The notes under the pieces were generated by a model. The model was not told where the DNA came from. It saw nothing but the letters and a program-made list of their open reading frames with translations, and did not search any database. The position numbers and the translations under genes are program-made. Shown one piece after another: positions 1 to 9,684 of a DNA stretch of 64,000 nt (position 1 is its first letter; each line of letters starts with the position of its first letter). Source of the DNA: a virus (taxonomy: Duplodnaviria > Caudoviricetes); the IMG/VR virus record IMGVR_UViG_3300025892_000008; one strand, written 5' to 3'.

Positions 1-337
1 AACTTAACAAATATGTATTTGTGTATGCTAAGTTGAACGGTTCAAATACTGTACCACCTGTTCCACTACCTGTACGTGATCCTACACTTCTACGATAAAT
101 TTGCCTAACTTGTTGTATTTCTTTAGGCAATATATATTCGTTTTGATTCTCTTCTAAACTTAAAGTTATGTAACTTTCTTCCACAGAATTATCGCTACGC
201 TGTCTAAAAACGCCTAGTGATCTCTGTAATGCTGTTTCATAATGGCCAGGATCAAGCTCGACATCAATCATACCATCGCCTAGCATTAGTCTTACATAAT
301 CAAATACTTCTTGTTTTGCTTTATCTATTTGGCTCAT
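1..337 (-). CDS. gp13: Neck protein gp13-like (N-terminal part; runs off the window start, absent from the ORF track)
   Basis: Manual translation from ATG at 337: MSQIDKAKQEVFDYVRLMLGDGMIDVELDPGHYETALQRSLGVFRQRSDNSVEESY..., resembling T4-family gp13 N-termini; ATAAATA late promoter at 343-349; adjacent to gp14/gp15. Confidence 0.75.
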   Translation of the reverse strand, partial: MSQIDKAKQEVFDYVRLMLGDGMIDVELDPGHYETALQRSLGVFRQRSDNSVEESYITLSLEENQNEYILPKEIQQVRQIYRRSVGSRTGSGTGGTVFEPFNLAYTNTYLLS

Positions 338-342
338 GTAAG

Positions 343-373
343 TATTTATGCCTTGTGACGGATTAGGTAAATA
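343..373. promoter_or_regulatory. Back-to-back late promoters (ATAAATA on minus 343-349; GTAAATA on plus 367-373)
   Basis: T4 gp55-type TATAAATA-like boxes just upstream of the divergent gp13 and gp14 starts. Confidence 0.7.
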
Positions 374-381
374 CATATACT

Positions 382-1710
382 ATGCCAAGACTGAGTTTAT
401 ACCGTCCCGAGAAGGGAAACGATTACAAGTTTATTGATAAAACTGCCTGGGAAATGTTTCAGGTAGGTGGTACCGATGTGCTTATGCACAAGTATTTAGG
501 TACCGAAGCATCAAGCAAAGAAGCAACTCCAAGCGAGCCTAAATACGATACTCTAAGTCCTACTAATATACAGGATATGCTATTCCTTGAAAATAGAGAT
601 AGAAAATATGATTCTGATGTTTTTGTTATGCGTGGAGTATACAATGTACAAGACATTGATTTTAATCTAAGCCAATTTGGTTTGTTCTTACAGAACGATA
701 CGGTTTTTATTACATTCCATATTTCAGATACTGTTGAGAAACTTGGTAGAAAAATTATTCCTGGTGATGTAATAGAATTACCTCACTTAAAAGATGAGTA
801 TGCTCTTAATGATTTAAATTATGCACTGAAAAGATTTTATGTTGTAGAAGATGTAAACAGAGCGGCAGAAGGATTTTCTGTAACATGGTATCCTCATTTA
901 TACAGAGCAAAGTGTAAACCACTAGTAGACTCACAAGAGTTCAAAGGTATACTGGATCAAATTGCAGATTCAGAAAACTTCAAAGGAACCTGGAATCCAG
1001 ATTCAACATATTATCCTGGAGATACAGTAACAGCACCTAATGGTCAACAGTATACAGTAACACAAGAAGTTACAGGTACTGCTCCACCTGATACAACATA
1101 TTATAAACTTGCAGATACACTCAAAGATATTATGTCTACGTATGAGAAAGAAATGCAAATTACCAAGGCTGTTGAAGATCAGGCAAATGCAGATACTCCG
1201 CAAAGCGGTTATGACACTACAAAATTATACACACTACAGCAAGACGAAACTGGTAAAACAGAACTTGTTACTGCTGATGGTACAATAGATGATGCAGACA
1301 TTGATACTGTAACTGCTGATACTGTATTCCAATCAGCAGAAGCAAACGGATACAAAGGTTACTTAATAGGAGATGGTATTCCACCTAACGGAGCACCATT
1401 TACTCAAGGTATTGCATTTCCGATGGGACCTGCAGAAGGACAATTCCATCTTAGAACGGATTATAAACCAACCAGACTGTTTAGATTTGCTAAAGGTAGA
1501 TGGAGCAAAGTTGAGGATGATGTGAGAACAAATATTACAAACTTAGGACCAAGTGATACAGCAGCAGGTAAAGATTTTGCTGGTGACGAAAAACGAGAAA
1601 CACAAAAAACTTCATTTATTAATAATACAAACCAACAAGTTATTGATGGTCAAACAGTAAAAGAAAGACAAAGTCTTTCTAAAGCACTAAAACCAAAGGC
1701 GGATGAATAA
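382..1710 (+). CDS. gp14: Neck/head-completion protein gp14-like, with extensions and a small CBM5/12-like insert
   Basis: 442 aa; lies between gp13 and gp15; insert TWNPDSTYYPGDTVT resembles the W..Y..GD.V repeats of the giant fibres. Confidence 0.6.
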   Translation: MPRLSLYRPEKGNDYKFIDKTAWEMFQVGGTDVLMHKYLGTEASSKEATPSEPKYDTLSPTNIQDMLFLENRDRKYDSDVFVMRGVYNVQDIDFNLSQFGLFLQNDTVFITFHISDTVEKLGRKIIPGDVIELPHLKDEYALNDLNYALKRFYVVEDVNRAAEGFSVTWYPHLYRAKCKPLVDSQEFKGILDQIADSENFKGTWNPDSTYYPGDTVTAPNGQQYTVTQEVTGTAPPDTTYYKLADTLKDIMSTYEKEMQITKAVEDQANADTPQSGYDTTKLYTLQQDETGKTELVTADGTIDDADIDTVTADTVFQSAEANGYKGYLIGDGIPPNGAPFTQGIAFPMGPAEGQFHLRTDYKPTRLFRFAKGRWSKVEDDVRTNITNLGPSDTAAGKDFAGDEKRETQKTSFINNTNQQVIDGQTVKERQSLSKALKPKADE

Positions 1711-1889
1711 TGCGTATAGATGAAATATTAGGGTTTGCATCAAAAACTCCAAAGAGAACTACAATTAAGAAAAAAGTACGCAGAGATGATGACGAGCCTC
1801 TTGCAATTAAGTTACAGCAACGAAGAGCTGCTGCTGCAAAAGGTGATAAAAATGCATACACACATAATTTTAAGAAGGCAAGTAACTAA
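1710..1889 (+). CDS. Small basic protein (59 aa, MRIDEILGFASKTPKR...), not in the ORF track
   Basis: Open frame coupled by TAATG overlaps to both gp14 and gp15; N-terminus resembles MRLNEIL/MRLEQL of other ORFs here. Confidence 0.65.
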   Translation: MRIDEILGFASKTPKRTTIKKKVRRDDDEPLAIKLQQRRAAAAKGDKNAYTHNFKKASN

Positions 1890-3319
1890 TGGATTTTTTC
1901 TACGACGGACAGATTAGAAGATATGTAACACAGTTTATGCGTATCTTTATCGGCTTTAAATATGAAGCAGGTAACGGCGATCAGCAATCTGTTCCTGTAA
2001 TGTACGGCGATTTGACACGCCAGGTAGCAAACATTATTAGAGAAAACTCTGAAAACAAATTGCCAACAGTACCTAGAATGGCAGCATATATTACTGGAAT
2101 GGACATTGATACAAGTAGATTAACTGATCCTACATTTGTAAGTAAAGTAAACATACGTGAAAGAAACTATAATGTAGACGAATCAGGAAATAGAGAATAT
2201 ACAGGCGCTCCAGGAAAGAATGTAACCGTAGAAAGATTGATGCCAACACCATATATGATGACATGTAAACTAGATATATGGACAAGTAATACAGATCAAA
2301 AATTACAATTGCTAGAACAAATAATGGTCTTGTTTAATCCTGCATTTGAAATACAAACTAACGACAACTACATTGACTGGACTAGTTTAAGTGTAGTAAG
2401 AATGACTGGAATGAATTTTAGTTCTAGAAGTATACCTGCTGGAACTGAGTCAGAAATTGACATTTGCTCAATAGATTTTGAAATACCAATGTATGTTTCT
2501 CCTCCTGCCAAAGTAAAAAAACTAGGTGTTGTAAGAAGCATAATAGCAAACATATTTACAGAAGAAGGTGATATACAAAACTTATCAAGTCTAGTTTACA
2601 ATCAGAAAGTTTCAAATGATGTATATGTAAATCCAAGATACCCTGTATTGTTATTCAAAGCAAATAATGGTAATCCTAATGATTATGACTTATCTATATT
2701 AGATCAGAATGCTGCAATACAAAGTTTAGGACTAGATAAAAAAGAATTTACAGATGATAAAAAACTTGACTGGAATGCTGTATTAGCAGCACTAGGAAGT
2801 TTTACAGAAGGTACTAGTACAATACATTTCCGTCAACCTAATGGTGAAGACATCACAGGAACATTTGCAATCAATCCTGTTGATAACTATATTCTCTTAG
2901 TAACAATTGATAAAGATTCTCCAGGATGGACAGAAAATACTTTACTTGTAAGTCCTCAATATCCTGACGGCAAGGGAACGTTTGATGCAATTGTAGATCC
3001 AACTACCTATAATCCTATTGCTAGATTAGGTACTATTCCAACAGGACATAGATTACTAATCTTAGAAGATGTAGCAGATAATGCTGATGGCTGGAAAAAC
3101 AACGACAGCACTAATACATCTATCAAAGCAAACAGTGTTGCTGAATGGAATGGAGCAAGTTGGGCAGTGGTATTTGATCCGGCTACTGTCGAAAATTTTA
3201 CATATCTCAGTAATATTACTACAGGAATACAGTATAAGTGGGATGGTATACAGTGGATTAAATCTTTCGAAGGCGAGTATGCACCAGGTTATTGGAGACT
3301 AGATCCTGAAGGTGCATAA
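1889..3319 (+). CDS. gp15: Tail terminator / sheath stabiliser gp15-like with C-terminal extension
   Basis: FFYDGQIRRYVTQF...VPVMYG...LPTVPRMA and PTPYMMTCKLDIWT..TDQKLQLLEQI motifs typical of T4 gp15 homologues. Confidence 0.8.
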   Translation: MDFFYDGQIRRYVTQFMRIFIGFKYEAGNGDQQSVPVMYGDLTRQVANIIRENSENKLPTVPRMAAYITGMDIDTSRLTDPTFVSKVNIRERNYNVDESGNREYTGAPGKNVTVERLMPTPYMMTCKLDIWTSNTDQKLQLLEQIMVLFNPAFEIQTNDNYIDWTSLSVVRMTGMNFSSRSIPAGTESEIDICSIDFEIPMYVSPPAKVKKLGVVRSIIANIFTEEGDIQNLSSLVYNQKVSNDVYVNPRYPVLLFKANNGNPNDYDLSILDQNAAIQSLGLDKKEFTDDKKLDWNAVLAALGSFTEGTSTIHFRQPNGEDITGTFAINPVDNYILLVTIDKDSPGWTENTLLVSPQYPDGKGTFDAIVDPTTYNPIARLGTIPTGHRLLILEDVADNADGWKNNDSTNTSIKANSVAEWNGASWAVVFDPATVENFTYLSNITTGIQYKWDGIQWIKSFEGEYAPGYWRLDPEGA

Positions 3320-3327
3320 GTAGTTTT

Positions 3328-3714
3328 ATGCAAAAGAGAGTAGGACTATTATATCTATCTAGAGATTCGCACAGAATACTTCTTATTTTAGAAAACGAAA
3401 AATGGACCGTACCAACATTTTCACTTGAAAATAGTGTAATACAAGATAGTGAAGATTTACAACAAAAATTTTCTAGAGGTAAAATAATACCTATAGAATT
3501 GTATCTTTCAAAAGACAAAGGTTTTGAGTACGGAACGTATATTTGTCTTGTAAAAGAAGAATTTATTACTGAAGAAATACCAACATTTTGTTGGGCTGAT
3601 TTAGGTTACCTGCCCAAGAATGTACACACTGGACTACGAAGTACATTAAATAATAGTCTTATACGTACAAAAATAGAAACTGTACTGGAGTTAGAAGATG
3701 CTGTCAATATATGA
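3328..3714 (+). CDS. Nudix-fold-like protein lacking a Nudix box
   Basis: VGLLYL...RILLIL...WTVP and C-terminal W..L..LP..VHTGL pattern resemble phage Nudix proteins; GGx5Ex7REUxEE is absent. ATAAGTA at 3316-3322. Confidence 0.4.
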   Translation: MQKRVGLLYLSRDSHRILLILENEKWTVPTFSLENSVIQDSEDLQQKFSRGKIIPIELYLSKDKGFEYGTYICLVKEEFITEEIPTFCWADLGYLPKNVHTGLRSTLNNSLIRTKIETVLELEDAVNI

Positions 3715-3970
3715 GTCTGAATCATTTCAAAATGATTATAACAATTACAAAAATAAAATTGAAAAAATTACAGATGAAAGTCTTAAAAATCAATTACAAA
3801 ATTTTCTTAATAAGTTAGTTGCACATGTAAAAGCATTTGACAAAGAGCATTCTGAAATGATATATTCTAAAAGTATCAGATTAGGAAACGATCACAAAGA
3901 CGGAATTGCTGAAGTAAGAAAAGTTATTGAGAGAAAACTTCGTGATTGGGATCAAATACAAAAAACTTAG
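3698..3970 (+). CDS. Hypothetical helical protein (90 aa)
   Basis: Overlaps the upstream gene; no recognisable motif. Confidence 0.55.
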   Translation: MLSIYESESFQNDYNNYKNKIEKITDESLKNQLQNFLNKLVAHVKAFDKEHSEMIYSKSIRLGNDHKDGIAEVRKVIERKLRDWDQIQKT

Positions 3971-5547
3971 ATTGAACCAAAGTTCTTAACAATTATTGCT
4001 CCTACCATTGCACCATGTAATGAACACTGATATCTATAAGTACCACTAATAGCAGATGGTATTTTCCAATATAACGTACCGCTTTCCTTACCTTGTGCAG
4101 CAGAACCAACACTACATGTTCCGTTAGTTGCTACATGAATCAATCCAGTACTGTAGTTAACACCTGACGAATTTTGAATAAGGAACGGATGACTAGAATC
4201 CATAGCACTAAGATTAAATGCAATAGTAGTTCCGTTAATTCCATATATTGTAGGATTGTCAGTAGATCCGTATTGATCAAATCTATATGAAGATGTACCA
4301 TTTGCAGTTACATCTAATCTAGTAATTGCTGGAAGATATAATTTATCTATTGTAAGTTGAGCAGTAATTGCATCTGACAATCCGCTAAACGCAGTAATAA
4401 TTGTTCCCGGTCCAGTAAATGTTACAATGTCCGATGCAGCGTTAGTTGTAATAGTAATGCCGCTGGCGCCTGCAAAGGTTACTGTATCAGTTGTTGTGTC
4501 AGCCTCTACATCACTTTGCCCTGTAACAGAAATTGTACTAAATGCATTTTGATTTGCATCGCCACCACCTGCTGACGCAGAAGGCACCCAATTAGATCCG
4601 TTCCATTGTAAAACATCGTCTGATGATGCTCCTGATGTATCTACATCACTAAGTGCATTTATGCTTGAACTACCAGTTAGATATGTTCCTAAATCACTTA
4701 TTTGACTTTCAGTAATACTTAATGCTGCTTGGTGCTGTGTTACACTTGACTCAGTAATATTTGTATTTGGTACATTTGCCCACGTAACTGCTGCTGTTAA
4801 GTCATTTGTTTCTGCAGATAGTGCACCAATACCTGCGGCAGTGGGAGGTGTAAATTTAAATTCTCCAGTACTATTGTTGTAACTAATTGCACCGTTACCA
4901 CTAGCACTGTTCTCAACACCTACACTTAAAGCCGATAACGCTAAAATTGTAGGTTTGTTATTTAAATTATTGTAATTAAGATAGTATGATCCGTCTTGAC
5001 CGTCAAGAGTATCTGCATCAGTACCACCGCCACCAGTAGTAGCATCAGTTCCTGGTGCCCACTTTGCTCCGTCCCATTTTAATACACTACCTGTACTTGG
5101 TGGTGATGTTGTTGTATCAACATCTGATAAAAAGTCTACACTAAATGTACTCATATTAACTGTTACAATATCTGAGTCTGTAGCAATAGCAGTTGCTATG
5201 TTAGTACCGCCTACTATATTAAGTGTATCATTTATACTTGCCGCTGCTGTTGAACCTTCATCAGCAGTTATAGTGCCAAATGCATTTCCGCCGCCGGCTG
5301 TACCATTAATCGTAATTGTATCGCCGCTAATTTCAGTAGTAATATTAGAACCACCAGTTACTGTTAAACTATCTGTAGGAATGTTAGCAATAGTAAATCC
5401 TGTATCAGCATTAAATCTTGTAAACACATTCGGGGCTGCTGCCGGAGAAGAAGTTACATTCCAAGTAGTACCATCATACTGCCAGGTAGTACTACCTTCT
5501 GTAAATGTTTCATTAAGTGCCGGTGTACCCGGAAAATTTATTGCCAT
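3967..5547 (-). CDS. Tail-fibre-like virion protein with C-terminal cupredoxin-like domain
   Basis: Thr/Ser/Gly-rich; repeated LSDVDT...VL(K/Q)W(D/N)G..W.P fibre segments; C-terminal SHPF...YRYQCSLHGAM. Confidence 0.65.
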   Translation of the reverse strand: MAINFPGTPALNETFTEGSTTWQYDGTTWNVTSSPAAAPNVFTRFNADTGFTIANIPTDSLTVTGGSNITTEISGDTITINGTAGGGNAFGTITADEGSTAAASINDTLNIVGGTNIATAIATDSDIVTVNMSTFSVDFLSDVDTTTSPPSTGSVLKWDGAKWAPGTDATTGGGGTDADTLDGQDGSYYLNYNNLNNKPTILALSALSVGVENSASGNGAISYNNSTGEFKFTPPTAAGIGALSAETNDLTAAVTWANVPNTNITESSVTQHQAALSITESQISDLGTYLTGSSSINALSDVDTSGASSDDVLQWNGSNWVPSASAGGGDANQNAFSTISVTGQSDVEADTTTDTVTFAGASGITITTNAASDIVTFTGPGTIITAFSGLSDAITAQLTIDKLYLPAITRLDVTANGTSSYRFDQYGSTDNPTIYGINGTTIAFNLSAMDSSHPFLIQNSSGVNYSTGLIHVATNGTCSVGSAAQGKESGTLYWKIPSAISGTYRYQCSLHGAMVGAIIVKNFGSI

Positions 5548-5558
5548 GTTCCTGCCCT

Positions 5559-8063
5559 CTATTCCTTTGTTATAGCAAATGCATTTGCACTTGCATATCT
5601 ACTATATATTATTTTTAAATCTTGTCCAAATGTACTTGTACTTATCTGATTATAGTCGGCATTTTGGCCTGTACTATACACAACACTTTTTGCATCTGCT
5701 AAAATTTTTGATTTTAATTGTGCCGGAGTAAGTGTTGAATCTGATTCTAGATGTAAACATAATAGTCCTGCAACTTGTGGTGCTGCCATAGATGTTCCGC
5801 TTATGCTCATTTGGTAAAAACTGCCATTGTCAAAATATGCTATCGGCGCAAACTTAGTGTTATTATATGGAGTACTACAAGCACTCATGATATCTGAACC
5901 TGGTGCCCATATATTACATCCTGGTCCTCTACTTGAAAAAATACTTGTTCTATCTTTTTCAGCACCGCTATCGTCTTGTGTAGTGCTATCTAAACTAGCA
6001 ACCATGTATGCATTTGAGCTATACGGTGAACTGCCTCTATGATAAGTTGTTGTACTTCCCTGCCATAATACATCATTATCATAATCAGTACCGCCAGATG
6101 CTTCTATTTTGTTATAGTTATTACCTGCTGCAATTACTACATGTATTCCTGCTGATACCATATCTTCTATTTCAGCATCGACTGATGCTACTCTGACACT
6201 CAGTTTACATGCTGACGAAGCGCCTAAGGTTGTTCTATTTTCATTTACTCCAGTTGCTGCTTCTAACGCTGCTCGAGTACTATATTCAACACCATATGTC
6301 CAGGCTGTTCCCCTGTATGTTCCGCTTGTTGGATCTCCTGTCCTTGTAGTTCCGTATCCCCAACTCATGTTAACAACCGTGGGCCTATTGTTTGATTTAT
6401 TATTGTGCCAAAGTCTAATTGTATCAAATGCGTTAGTGATACTAATGCCATCATTTGGATCTAATGTACCTTCTAGTCCACCTAATTTTTGAGCATATAT
6501 TCTTGCATTTTTTGCCCAGCCAAATGTTTTACCTACGGAAATACCTGCACAATGAGTGCCGTGGCCGTCATAGTCTGTGTAAAAGTTTGAGTCTTGTGTT
6601 TCACCTACAATACCACTGTCAGCAAACCAATCAATTTCTTGCACTCGTGATGCAGACGGTTGTGCTACATAGCCAGATACTCCAGCATCATTATCTTGAA
6701 ATATACGTTTTAGTATATTAAAATCTGGTTTACTAAGTACTGGTGCAAAGTATTTGTTAAACATGGCATAACCTAGTGGATTATTTGCTAACATACCTGC
6801 AGGTGTTTTTAAAGTATCATCCCATTCAGGACTAAGACTTTCTCCGTCCCAAAACTCACTCATATCCCACATTGACCAATTTACTAAGTAAGTATATTCT
6901 TTATATGCTACTACGGCTGCATCAGAATCTGTTGCCCAATCAGTAGCATAACCACTTGGATCATATAACCCTGCGTCAATTGCTTCTTTCATAGCAAGAT
7001 GTAATTCTGTAGTCGTCCAAGAAAAACTTGGGTTACCATTTAATATCATCAGCAATGTTTCCATTGGAACTTGTGTTGCACTTCCTTCTACAGCCCCCGG
7101 AATACCAAAGTTGTGTATTGTATGGAACAAGTGTTCCATAATTTCTTCAATGTCTCTATCACTCTCACTAGGATCAGGACCGCTTGTGTTTTTATACCAA
7201 ACCATATCATTAACTGCATGACTGTCTAAAAAATCTGTATATCCAGAGTACTGTGCCGCGCCAGCATCTGTCAACCAATTTGGTGTATATGATGCTCCGC
7301 CACCATAACCAATTCGTTGTGCTGTTGGAGTTCCTGCATGTGTTGTTCCTGCATCACCTTTAAGTGTTGCAATTAAATTTTTCTGTTGTGTAATATCAAT
7401 GCTATCTCCGTTAGGATCAATTAATAACTTTACAGCCTGCGCTGTTTTCTTTACCCATTCATCTGGTACAGTTGTTTGTCCGCCGACCGCTCCTGCTGCT
7501 ACAAGTTTTACACCCCTTACAGTTAAACTTCTGTCAAAAACTGCTCCATTGGTTGCATCACTTCCTAATGCACCACTAGCATATTCAGTTGTGTTAGGCA
7601 TGTAAAACTCAGGATGGTCTGCTTGTATTCCGCTATCTTGTACAATAAAGTCTACACCTGTTCCGTCTAAAGCGTAAAGATGATCTCCTGATAATGTAGT
7701 TGCATCAGCAAACGTATTTGTTGCTTCATCGCATCTACGCAATCCCCAGTTTACCCAAGTTGCGTTATTTCCAGACTGTCTTTGAAAAGTTGCTGTTTGA
7801 CTTGCATGAAGTCCTATACTAATATCATCTCTTTGATCTGGTGGAATCTCTACAGCAACAACTCTTTCGTCTTGTTCTAAAGTTTCTGCTTCTTCGTCTG
7901 TGAGCATCCAATGTGTCATACGCTTTGATCCAATTCTTGGATTGGCTACTGTAACAGCTCTATTAGGTATCTGTCCTGAACCTGTATCTGCGGCTACTTC
8001 AGCATCAAATGCTTCAAGATCAACATCGGCTTTTACAATTACTACGTATTCTTTTTCACTCAT
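5559..8063 (-). CDS. Subtilisin-like S8 serine protease with I9-like prodomain and ~315-aa inserted domain
   Basis: Catalytic motifs QDSG (Asp), GHGTHCAG (His), AAGN (oxyanion Asn) and GTSMAAPQVAG (Ser). Confidence 0.9.
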   Translation of the reverse strand: MSEKEYVVIVKADVDLEAFDAEVAADTGSGQIPNRAVTVANPRIGSKRMTHWMLTDEEAETLEQDERVVAVEIPPDQRDDISIGLHASQTATFQRQSGNNATWVNWGLRRCDEATNTFADATTLSGDHLYALDGTGVDFIVQDSGIQADHPEFYMPNTTEYASGALGSDATNGAVFDRSLTVRGVKLVAAGAVGGQTTVPDEWVKKTAQAVKLLIDPNGDSIDITQQKNLIATLKGDAGTTHAGTPTAQRIGYGGGASYTPNWLTDAGAAQYSGYTDFLDSHAVNDMVWYKNTSGPDPSESDRDIEEIMEHLFHTIHNFGIPGAVEGSATQVPMETLLMILNGNPSFSWTTTELHLAMKEAIDAGLYDPSGYATDWATDSDAAVVAYKEYTYLVNWSMWDMSEFWDGESLSPEWDDTLKTPAGMLANNPLGYAMFNKYFAPVLSKPDFNILKRIFQDNDAGVSGYVAQPSASRVQEIDWFADSGIVGETQDSNFYTDYDGHGTHCAGISVGKTFGWAKNARIYAQKLGGLEGTLDPNDGISITNAFDTIRLWHNNKSNNRPTVVNMSWGYGTTRTGDPTSGTYRGTAWTYGVEYSTRAALEAATGVNENRTTLGASSACKLSVRVASVDAEIEDMVSAGIHVVIAAGNNYNKIEASGGTDYDNDVLWQGSTTTYHRGSSPYSSNAYMVASLDSTTQDDSGAEKDRTSIFSSRGPGCNIWAPGSDIMSACSTPYNNTKFAPIAYFDNGSFYQMSISGTSMAAPQVAGLLCLHLESDSTLTPAQLKSKILADAKSVVYSTGQNADYNQISTSTFGQDLKIIYSRYASANAFAITKE

Positions 8064-9586
8064 TATACTAAGCTCGCCCAGCCACCGTTTTCGTATACCT
8101 GTGCTTTGTTCAACGTAGTGTCATATATCATATCACCGTTTGCAGATGTTAATGCATTCTTTTCTGTTGTAGTAAAACTTGGTAATCTAAATGGAGCACC
8201 GGTAACTCTTACACCGTCTGTGGTTGTAAGTGTTATTGTACTTGCACTTGTTAAGTTAGTAACACCAAGTCCAGCAGTTAATGATGCACTTATGTTAGGA
8301 ACAGTTAATGTATTAGTAGTACTGTTGTACGTAAAATCACTGTCGCCGGTAAATGCACCTGCATTATTAAATTGTACTTCAGTTGTACTGCCGCCTGGTG
8401 CACCTGTGTTTGCCGCCCAGGCATAATCTGAACCGTTCCAACTTAGTACATAACCACTTGTAGGGTTTGATTGATTTAGATGTGCATCAACATCTGTGTT
8501 TGCATATCCATCTGTGATACCATACCCTGCGAGTGTAGTTGGTTTAGTTGTTAATGAAGCAAACGCTCCATCAAACGCATCTGTGATACCATACCCTGCT
8601 ATTGTAGTTGGTTTACTAGTAATTGCAGAGAAAGCAGGAATAGCATCTGTTATTCCATATCCTGCTATTGTAGTAGGCTTACCTGTTAAATCAGCAAAGG
8701 CTGTCGATGCCGACACATCGCCAAACGAGAAGTTACCAGCACCGTCTGTTTTCAGTGCCTGTCCGTTTGTTCCGTCTGCAATACCTAATCCTAATAGTGT
8801 TCCTGGAGCAGGAGCAGCAGGTTGTACCCATTGACTGCTATCAGTATCTTGTACATACACATATAGTTTTGCACTTGTGCTATTATACCAAATATCTCCT
8901 TGTGTAGGACTGCTAGGAGCAGTATCAGACACTGCAAGACTTGCGCCTCCGCCGCCGGCACCTGGCTCGGCTACAGTTACACTATTCCCCATACCACTAT
9001 GATTTTTACACCATATATAAAGTGTTGATGGAGTGTTACTTGTAATTGTTATCTGTACAGAACGTGTAGTTGCAGTGGCAAACTTTGCCCAATATTGTGT
9101 TTTGTTTACAGTAACTCCATCTATTATATAAAGAACGTTATTAAGATATGCAGTACCGCTACCTAATTCGCCGTTAGCATCATCTGAACTAAAGTTTAAA
9201 GGATGTTGGTTTAATGTTGTTCCGTTACTGTTAGGAAAATATAAATTTGTTAAATCTGTTTGATCAAATACATATGTATAACCAACAACTAGTGTTAGTT
9301 CAGGATTTTCAACTCCGTTATAATAATATACATTTGCTGTATCTCCAGCATTTCTTGCAACTGTTGTACTAAAAGTAACTGTTGCAACACCTGAAGATGT
9401 AATTTGTTTTGCTACGTTTGTAGGTGTTAGAATATGTGTTCCGCCAATGTTGGAACCATCGAATATTCTAAGTGATTGATTATCCTTATCGAAGAAAATT
9501 TCACCTCGAGAGCCTGATTTTCTATCAAGATAATCTTCATCTCTAGGTACTATTCTTACGCCAGGAAAAATTGGAATTAGTGACAT
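8063..9586 (-). CDS. Tail-fibre-like virion protein with cupredoxin-like domain and three KPTT(I/L)AGYGITD repeats
   Basis: QHPL...LYIWCKNHSGMG; PTTLAGYGITD repeats known from tail-fibre shafts; SDTAP....GDIWYNS fibre motif. Confidence 0.65.
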   Translation of the reverse strand: MSLIPIFPGVRIVPRDEDYLDRKSGSRGEIFFDKDNQSLRIFDGSNIGGTHILTPTNVAKQITSSGVATVTFSTTVARNAGDTANVYYYNGVENPELTLVVGYTYVFDQTDLTNLYFPNSNGTTLNQHPLNFSSDDANGELGSGTAYLNNVLYIIDGVTVNKTQYWAKFATATTRSVQITITSNTPSTLYIWCKNHSGMGNSVTVAEPGAGGGGASLAVSDTAPSSPTQGDIWYNSTSAKLYVYVQDTDSSQWVQPAAPAPGTLLGLGIADGTNGQALKTDGAGNFSFGDVSASTAFADLTGKPTTIAGYGITDAIPAFSAITSKPTTIAGYGITDAFDGAFASLTTKPTTLAGYGITDGYANTDVDAHLNQSNPTSGYVLSWNGSDYAWAANTGAPGGSTTEVQFNNAGAFTGDSDFTYNSTTNTLTVPNISASLTAGLGVTNLTSASTITLTTTDGVRVTGAPFRLPSFTTTEKNALTSANGDMIYDTTLNKAQVYENGGWASLV

Positions 9587-9612
9587 ATTTTATATTCTCT
9601 CCGTTACCATAA

Positions 9613-9668
9613 TATTTATCCATATGCGTCATTATTATTTTTTGTGGGTTACAGTAACTAGATAAATA
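9613..9668. promoter_or_regulatory. Divergent late promoters (ATAAATA minus 9613-9619; plus 9662-9668)
   Basis: Exact ATAAATA boxes upstream of the fibre/protease operon and of the heptose operon. Confidence 0.75.
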
Positions 9669-9684
9669 ATAAACTACACATATA

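Noticed and set aside
6651-7603. Intein as the explanation for the S8 insertion
   Set aside because: No Cys/Ser start, His-Asn end, or LAGLIDADG motifs.
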